Positions 55,557-64,000 of a stretch of 64,000 nt of DNA are shown one piece after another. Location of the stretch: contig LSRY02000047.1 in the NCBI GenBank assembly GCA_001643675.2, positions 124,001 to 188,000 of the forward strand, written 5' to 3'. How positions within the stretch are numbered: the stretch's first letter is position 1; the number at the start of each line of letters is the position of its first letter. The notes beneath the pieces were generated by a model. It was given only the letters and a program-made list of their open reading frames with translations. It was not told the DNA's origin and searched no databases. A program made the translations under genes and the position numbers. This DNA is from Monocercomonoides exilis PA203. Its lineage: Eukaryota > Protista > Preaxostyla.

Positions 55557-58500
55557 ATGTCAGGAGAAGATTCAGATAATGATAGTCTTAGTTCTGAAGA
55601 TGATCAAAGATTTAGCATTGAATCATTTAAATGCATGATCTGTTTTGGCCATGCAAAAAGGCCAGTCATTACGAGATGCTGCACAAAACTTATGTGCTTC
55701 AGCTGTATCCGACGTTGGATCAATTCAAATCAAACCTGCCCTCAATGCAGAAAAAGGCTTTCTACAAACGATATTATTGAAATCGGAAGACTTGTTTCAA
55801 ACGTTTCAGAGGTTAGAAGTTCTATTTTTAATGCTTTTTTTGCATTTATGCTTTTCAAATCACTTTTTTGGAACATTTCAGGAACTTTCTCCAATCGTTG
55901 GAACAGCGCATCATCCTAATCCAAGATGCCCAGAACATCCTGATCATCTACTTAATTATTTTTGCAAAAATTGTGAACAAGCAATTTGTGAGCATTGCGC
56001 AATTTTATCACCAACTGTTTGTTTCCGTCACCTTATTTGCTCGTTTAATATTTTGTTTTCTTTGCGCAAAATGATTTTTATTTATTTACTATGTTTTGTT
56101 CTGATTTGTATCGATTTAATTATTAAATGAATAAATATAAAACTATTTATTCATTCAACTTTTTAGCACAAAGGCCACAACGTTACTACCCTTACACAAG
56201 TGCGTGATGAGCGAGAAAAGGAAATTCTCGAGACTCGCGACAGCATGCAAGCGCGAATGACGGACATATCCTCACTGCTCAAAGTCATCGAGGAAGAAGA
56301 AAACGAGCTGACACAGCAGAAAGCCACGCTGACCAAGACGATTGAAGGGCAGCTGGCGAAGATGAAGGAAGACGTGGAGAAGAGAGCGTCTGACATCGTC
56401 GCAGAGGCTGTGAAGAAGCGGCGGCAGGTGTGTGAGAAGGAGAACGGCATCTTGAGCAGCGAGGCGAAGACGATATCTCAGTTTCTGCGCAAAGAGTGTG
56501 ACAAGAATGTGGTGGAGAAGAAAAATTCTGTGATTTCCAAGGCTGTGGAAGCGATCGCACGCTCATTTGAGTTTGAGGATGAGCCGTTTGTGCATCCGCC
56601 GGATGTGAACCACGGGGCGCCTATGGAAGATGTGCTGGGGGTGATGGAGCGGATAGAGAGGAGGGAGAGGAGGCAGCTGAAGAGGAGGGTGAGGAGGAGG
56701 GTGGTGAGGGCGATTGCGAAGGAGGAGATGGAGGTGGGGAAGGAGGGTGGAGAAGGAGAAGGGAAGGAGAAAGAGAAAGGGAAAAAAGAAGATTTAACAG
56801 AAGATGAAGAAGATGAAGACGAATATGATGAATATGATGACGATGATGATGAATATGAAGATCGCATTGAAAGTGACACAGACGACGCTTTATCTTCAAA
56901 CAAGCACAAATCCAATCAGAGGAAGAAGAGTAAGAGTAAGAGCCAAAAGAAGAACACCCACTCAACAGAAGAAGAGAAAGACGAGCGAGAAGAGAAACAG
57001 AGGTTTGAAGAAAGATCGGATTTGAGGCATTTTTACAGGGCGTTCTTTGGAGGATGGGATCAGAAAGAAGAGAGTGTGAGTGAGAGCGAGGCAACGACAG
57101 TATCTTCGGTGGAGATGGAAGAAGAGGAAGAGGAGGAAGGAGAAGAAGAGAAAGGGAAGAAGAGAAGAGGAGGGAGAAGTGGAAAGCTGCTGAAGAAAGT
57201 GGAGAAGAAGAAGAAAGCTCTAAAAGAAATGATGAATTCAAAGAAAGACACAAAAAATGAGATTATTTCACCATCTTCTTCTTCTCCTCTTCCTTCTTCT
57301 TCTTCTTCTTCTTCTTCCTCATCCCCATCCAAACCCCGTCCTCTTCGCCTCGTCCGCCGCTACATCAACCATCACCCTCTCCCTCCCAACCACTACAAAC
57401 CTTCGCTTCCTCCTTCCCCTTTCCCATCCGCTCCTCTCCTCTCCCCCTTAACCCCTCCTTACACCTACTTCTTCTTCTCTTTCCCTTCTTTCTTCCGCAG
57501 CTGCCCTCATCAGCCGGCTTTGTTTTCTCCGCTTTTTGAGCTCCACCCTTTCCCTTTCAAATTCAGATGTCAAATTTTTGCAAAGCCAGAGCCAACGAAG
57601 ACGCAGTATCGATTGGGCGAAGGGTTTTTGAAGAAGATGGCAGAGAGGAGGGTGAATGACGATGGAAGTTGGGTGGGAGAGAATGAGAATGAAGGAGGTA
57701 AAGAAGGAACAAGTTCTTCTTCTTCTTCTTCTTCTTCTTCCTCTTCCTCTTCTTCCTCTTCCTTTGTCTTCCCCACCTCGTCCTATGTGTTCATGCCAGA
57801 GTATGCAAAGCAGCAGCATCGAGACAAGCAGGCACAGATGAGGAAGCGGATGTCGCAATCAATGAAGGATGCGCAGAGAGAAAGAGAAGAAAGAAGGAGA
57901 AGAGGAGACGGAAACGATGATGATGATGATGATGATGATGACGACGACGATGATGATGAGGGAGATGAAGATGGAGAATATGAAGGCAATGGCAATGGAG
58001 AAGGAGGAAATGGAAAGGGAAAGAGAAAAGTGAAGAACGAGTTTGCGCGTATGATTTCAAAGCCGAAGACGATACAGCTGAATGAAAGATCATTGGCAGT
58101 TTATTTGGAGCTGATGGAAGGGTATCCAGACTGGTGCTATACTCTGCCGAAGAACGAGGAGACGATGAAGATAATTAGAGAGGCAAAGGGGAAAGGAGCA
58201 GGAGGAGGAGGTGAAGGGAATAAGAAGAAGGAAGGGAAAGGCAAGGGGAATGGGAAAGGAAATGGAATGGATTGGAGAAGGAGGTATGTGGGAGAAGAAG
58301 AAGATGATGATGATGAAGACGATGAAGACGATGAAGACGATGAGGAAGATGAAGATGATGAAGAAGGATTAAACGGAAAGAACAAGAAGAAGAGAAGAGG
58401 AGGAGACGGAAGCGGAGAAGAAATGAGCGAGAGGAAGAAGAGGAAGAAAGAGAGGAAGATGAAGAGGATGCAGAAGAAGAAAGAAGAAGAGGAAGAAGAA

Positions 58501-60237
58501 GCTAATGCGAAACAAGAAATGATTGAACTTCTATTGGAAGAGCAGAAGAAGCTGAAGGAGGAGAAGAGGAAGAGGAGGAACGAGAAGGCGAAGAATGATC
58601 CAATTGAGATTGATCCGATTGATTTGGCGACGTATGTGGAGGAGGAGACGAGTGAGGAGAGCGAAGAGAGCGAAGAGAGCGAAGAAGAAGAAGAAGAAGA
58701 AGAGAAGGAAAAGGAAGAGGAGAAGGAGAAGAAGGAGAAGGAGAAGGTGAAAGAGGAAAAAGAGAAAGAGAAAGTGAAAGAGAAAGAAGGAGAAAAAGAA
58801 GGAGAAAGTGAAAGCAAAGATAAACAGTCTAGTGATGCACAAAACACAATAAAAGAAGAAGATAAATCGAAAATAGAGAAACAGAAAGGGAAAAGGATGA
58901 AGAGCTTGTTAGAGTGCGTGGATGAGGAGTGGATGAGGGTGAATGCAGATGTGGTGATGGAGATGATTGCAAGACAGGTGAAGGAGAAGAGAAAGAGAAA
59001 GAGAAGAGAAAGAGAAGGAAGAAGAAGTGAAAATGAAATAACAACTTCTTCTTCCTCTTCCTCTTCGTCATCTTCCTCCTCTTCTGAACATTTCTTCCTT
59101 CCTCCTTCCTCTCTGGATTCCATTTGCAATGAGTCTTCTATTTTTGATGCAAACAACAAAGAAGGAGAAGAAGAAACAGAAGAAGAAGAAGAAGACGATG
59201 ATGAAGACGATGATGATGAAGTGTCAGATAGCATAAGCACTTCAGATATTTCCCTCTCTGACTCTTCTGATTCCTCTTCCTCTGAAATCAACTTCTTCAC
59301 CCCTTCCACCACACAATCCACATCTCAGAACAATAATAGCACTTCATCCTCTTCTTCTTCTTCCTCTTCCTCCTCTTCTTCTTCTCACAAAGTTTACCCT
59401 CCCTCCGTCCTCCACGCCCTCCACGACGCCTACCACACCCACCCATTCATCAACCTCCTCCGCGCATCAGATGCGCAATCATCTGCCACCCCTAATCCAT
59501 CTGCTCTTCTTCCTCATCACTTCTTCGAGTGGAGAATCGAACTGCTGGCACAGCCAACCGCTCTGTCTTCATCGGCAAAGTGTGGAACTCCAGGGGCGTG
59601 GGTGAATACACAGATGCCGGAGAAGAAGAAGAAGAAAGAGAAGAAAGAGAAGAGCGAGAAGGAAAAGAAAGAGGAGAAGGAGAAAGAGAAGGAAGATTCT
59701 TCTTCATCTTCTTCTGCGTCTTCTTCTGGTTGTGCAGGAAATGAAGGCAACAATAAGAAAGATGCTGAAGACAAAACCCAAAACAGCTCAACTTCTTCTT
59801 CTTCTTCTTCTTCTACTACTACTACTTCTTATACTTCTACCACTTCACAAACAGATTCCATATGCTTGTATTCTTCTTCTTCCTCTTCTTCCTCTTCCTC
59901 TTCTTCCTCTTCCTCCTCCTCTCTCTCTGGCACCACCTCCTCCTTCCTCATTTCGCGCCCTGCTGTGTTCAGCCGTGGCTACACCTCTTTCTTCCAAATG
60001 CACCAGCCACTGGGCTACAGACAATTCCTGTCATTTCAGGAGATTCTGAAAGGGAACTATTTGTGGCTGACAAGGATACACCAGCAGAAAGAGGTTGAGA
60101 TTGTGGAGAGGATGGAGAGGAAGGAGAAGGAGAAGGAGAAGGAGAGGGAGAAGGAGAGGATTATGAAGAAGTGGCAGGGTGGAGGAAGAAATGGAAAAGA
60201 AGAAGGAAATGAAAATTCTTCTTCATCTTCTTCCTCT

Positions 60238-60281
<44 letters not shown>

Positions 60282-62439
60282 TTCTAATACCTCAATTATT
60301 CCTCAAAGCCACATCAAAATTGAGCTGCATGAAACAATCCGCACTTCTCATTCATGTGCCTCGGATGACAAGATTCCAATGGATAAATTGATTAAAATAG
60401 GAAAGAAAACAGAGAAAGAGAAAGAGAAAGAGAAAGAGAAAGAGAAGGAGAAGGAGAAAGAAGAGAAGAAAGAAGAATCTTTCAACACATATCCATTCGA
60501 AGGCGCGTTGTTCTTCCGTTTGGGCATAAGAAAACCGACTTTCAAAGACGAATGCGAAGAATATGAAAGATTAGTGGAGTATGGAAGGATGTGTATGAAG
60601 AGAGAGGAAGCGATGAAGCTGAGGAAGAAGAAGATGGAGATAAGGAGGAAGAGGAAGAAGGAGAAGAAGAAGGAGCTGCTGAAGCAGAAGAAGACGGAGA
60701 AGAAGACGAAAAGGGAAGAAATTGAAAGGAAGATTGACGAGTTTGTGAAAATGATTGAGAAGAAGAAGAAAGAGGAAGCAGAGAAAAGGAAGGAAAGAAG
60801 AGAAAAGGAGGAGAAGGAGAAGGAGAAGGAGAAGGAGAAGGAGAAGGAGAAGGAGAAGGAGAAGGAGAAGGAGAAGGAGAAGGAGAAGAAGGAAGAAGAG
60901 AAAGAGAAAGAAGAAGGAAAAGAAAAGAAAGAAGAAGGAGCAGAGAAAGAGAGGCAAAAGAAGAAGGAAGAAAGAAGGAAGAGGAGAAAGAGAAGAGCAA
61001 TAGCAGAAGAAATGAAGAAAGAAGCGAAAGAGAAAGAAGAGAAAGAAAGAGAAGAGAGAGAGAAAGAGAAAGAAAGAATAAGAAAACAAAGAGAAGAAGA
61101 AGCGATGGCATACAGAAATCCATATGCTTCACCGAACAAGACATTAACACCAGGAAGAAGTGGAAGCGGTTCTTCAGTAACGCTATCTGTGAATGCAACA
61201 CCTTATACATCAAAGAATTCTTCTTCTTCTTCTCCTTCTCCTTCTCCTTCTTCTGCTCAAAGGAAAACAGGAATTTCAGCAGCAAATGTGTCAAATGTAA
61301 CATCTCCTTCTTCATTTAGCTTCTCTGCCTCTTCTCAAATGCCCAAGCAATCAGTTGGATTTGGGCTGAACAAGAGTCCATCAACATCATCTTCTTCTTC
61401 AATGGGAAGAGGAGGAGGAGGAGGTATAGCATCTTCTTCTTCTTCTTCTTCTTCAATGAACCCATCAATAACAGACAACCCCTTTGCCAACTTGCAGATG
61501 GGTCAGTCATTTTCTGAGATGTTTGCTTCTTTGTATCCAAACTCTGTTTCTTCTCTTTCTTCTTCTCCTTCTTCCTCTTCTTCTTCCTCTTCTCCTTCCT
61601 CTTCTTCTCCTTCATCATCATCTTCTTCTTCCTTTGGCAATGCTGCTTCTTCTTTACTTAGTACCCAGCTCTCTTCAAATTCTTCATCCAGCCTCATCGA
61701 CAGAACAAACCCGTTTTTCGCTCTCAACCAGAAGAATCAGAGTTTATTGGCTGGATTAACTAGAGGTAGCAATACATCTTCTTCTTCTCCTTCTTCTTCC
61801 ATTTCTTCCTCTCCTTCTTCTTCTTCCACTTCTCCTTCTTCTGCTTCAAATGCATCTTCCGCCAGCTCTCAAAACAGAGGGGCAACAGGAGGAATAGGAG
61901 GAGGAGGAGGAGGAGGCGATGGAAGAGGAGATGGCAGAGATTTGTACTCTGTTTATTCCTCAGCATTTCAGAGAAGGTTTTTGGGGTATCCAGCACTGAA
62001 CACACGGATGGCAGAGCTACAAATGGCGAATGACAACAGAAGCAGAACAAGTGGAGGAGGAAGTGGTGGAGGAGGAGAAAGAGGAGGAGGAGGAAGCGAA
62101 GGAAGTGGAAGCAGAAGCAATAGAGGAATAGGAATGGGAGGAGGAATAGGAGGAGCAGCAGGAGCAGGGGTGAATGCAAGTTCTAATGTAATCTCAGGTG
62201 GAAGTGGCGGGGGAAGGTATGAAGACGAGTTTGATATGATGGCCGAGGAGTCAGAAGATGAGGACGATGTGGATGTGTGGCTGCAGAAGCAGAGGGACAG
62301 CTTTTTGGGCGGAGATTTGAGGAGCGAAGATGGAAGTGGAGAGGAAGGGGGGAATGAGGTGGACACAGATGAAGATGAAGAAGATGATGACGATGATGAC
62401 GATGATGATAGTGATGATGATGATGATGATGAGTATTAA
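55557..62439 (+). CDS. TRIM37: TRIM37-like E3 ligase (RING, B-box, coiled coil, fragmented MATH), 3 exons
   Basis: Introns 55812-55881 and 56017-56166. RING FKCMIC..CTKLMCFSCIRRWI..CPQCR; B-box CPEH..FCKNCEQAICEHCA..HKGH; MATH pieces LTPPY..F, LFSPLF..FRCQIF, LAVYLELMEG, FEWRIELL, GYRQFL..YL and FRLGIRKPTF in TRIM37 order. Confidence 0.8.
60811..60888 (+). repeat. (GAGAAG)13 coding hexanucleotide repeat (poly-EK)
   Basis: Perfect tandem array inside the TRIM37-like ORF. Confidence 0.9.
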
Positions 62440-63505
62440 GAAGGATTAGAGGTTGAGTGAAAGTTCATTAACAGTTGGGGAATAGCGGATAAATGTTTAT
62501 GCGAGGAGGAGGAGGAGGAGGAGGAGGAGAGGGAGGATGGGAGGGGTGGAAAAAATATCAAGGCATTTATTTATTTATTTATTTGTCTTATTCTTATTCT
62601 TTCTTCTTTCTTATTTCTTCTTTCTTCTTCATGTTATTTTTTTATTTTTTTCCCCGCCATTTTTGTATTTTCATATATAAGCTGAGTGAAAACGTTGACT
62701 CAGAAGTTAGAATGAGATGGCCAATAGCAATTAACATTATTAAGACAACAAAAATAAAAAAAAAAAGGAAAGATCCAATTTTATTGTGAATGTTAGAATG
62801 AATTATTGAATATGCTCATTCATCCAAATAATTTTATTTTATTTTTTTTTTTTTTTCCAAATAAGTTTATGTTTGTTTATTTTTAAATAGTCTTTTCATC
62901 TTCCTTCTTCTTCTTCTTCTTCCTACTCATTTTCTTCCTCTTCTACCTCTTCTTTTCTCTTTCTCTATTTCAAAATCTATTCAGACTTTTACTAATTTTG
63001 TTTGCATTCATTCATCCTTCTCTCTTCCTTTGTCCTTTTTATCTTTTCTTATCTTTTCTTTTTTTTTATTTTCTTTTTATTTTATTCATTTTGCATTCTT
63101 TTTTCTAATTCTTATTCATTTCTCCTTCATACACTCTTTTCAAAAAAGACAGTCTTTTTCTCGTTTTCTCTTCAACAATTCTCAATTAATAACGATTTTT
63201 ATTTTTTCCCCCTTCATTTGACAAAATATAATTCACTCTTTCTTTTCATTTAGCCTAAATTCAATCTATTTGATCAGGTGTTTATATTTGTTCTCCAATC
63301 ACAGAAGATTAAAGAGACATAATTAACTTAGAAAAAATTTATATAAAAATAAGAATTTGACTTCATGAAAAAAACGAGAAGATGAAAGTTTAATAAGCAG
63401 AAGAAGAAGGATAAGAAAGGAGGCGATATGAGGAATAATCAAAGGGGAACCGTCGAAATTACCCATTTAAATACTCAAAGTGACCAACAAACAAGCGAGA
63501 TGAGT

Positions 63506-64000
63506 CTATTCATAGAACACTTTGATGATTCTCTCAGCAAGAAGCTTTTCGCCATCTAAAAATCGAATCACACACTTCAATTTTCCACTGTCGAAAAAAT
63601 ATTATAACCAATTATTAAATGATTAATAGATAAAATGAAAACATTCATTAATGATTAAAAATAGCAATATTGCATTTTTCATTGAAAGATTGAAAAAAGC
63701 AAACTTCAACATTTCAGGTGGAATCATTTTGCCTTCTCCAGCCCCATGAATTGTGCTGTCAAAGGTATTTGTACTTCCTGGGATAATAAATCCAAATTCA
63801 AATTTAAAATCTTTTGAAATTAAATCGAACGAAAAATTATCAATTAAGCAAAGACTCAAAGAACAGACATTCTATTGGAGTCGTTCCAAGAACCATGATT
63901 TGCTCCATTTTCAATTCCTCAACTTCATTTTCGGAAGTAAATTCATATTTTGTTTGTACGGCTTTTGCCTTCAACAATTCTTTCTCCAAATGCACTGTTT
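63506..64000 (-). CDS. PDE6D: PDE6D prenyl-binding protein (GMP-PDE delta), 5' truncated by the window edge
   Basis: Spliced exons give ELLKAKAVQTKYEFTS.., FEFGFIIPGSTNTFDSTI..MIPPEML and GKLKCVIRFLDGEKLLAERIIKVFYE*. Confidence 0.88.

Noticed and set aside
3-64000. Reassigned TAA/TAG codons, as in some oxymonads
   Set aside because: Conserved genes end at TAA, TAG or TGA at the expected positions, and in-frame stops are explained by introns.
55557-64000. Cilium/centriole gene cluster (TRIM37 and PDE6D, plus the distant dynein)
   Set aside because: Such genes are common in flagellates; there is no evidence of co-regulation.

Overview
Eukaryotic, AT-rich genomic DNA with short spliceosomal introns and the standard genetic code. 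Several features point to an oxymonad such as Monocercomonoides (inference, not verified): GT[T/A]TG donors, Ser/Glu/Lys low-complexity inflation of proteins, large beta-helix/TM/pseudokinase surface proteins, and a recognisable expanded hypothetical family. Genes reconstructed by hand: an axonemal dynein heavy chain (DNAH10-like, 5' partial), a GGA(I/L)-repeat membrane protein, NAPRT, TMEM208/SND2, dephospho-CoA kinase, a 2601-aa receptor-like pseudokinase, a NEK-like pseudokinase, an unknown two-exon gene, LSM3, a bacterial-type YgeY-family M20 hydrolase with a probable GC-AG intron, a ~2950-aa Sec23-like protein, an RPP21-domain protein, a possible SKA2, a 7TM-like protein, a TRIM37-like RING/B-box/MATH protein and PDE6D (5' partial). 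The gene-poor ~27.5-35.7 kb interval is a nest of inverted-repeat elements. The most notable is a 4.4-kb element (27737-32144) with 15-bp TIRs and a perfect 9-bp direct repeat on each side. It carries a decayed host-family gene and an inner foldback whose core holds TTAGGG repeats and a tRNA-like Pol III cassette. A near-perfect 396-bp palindrome and several older foldbacks lie next to it.
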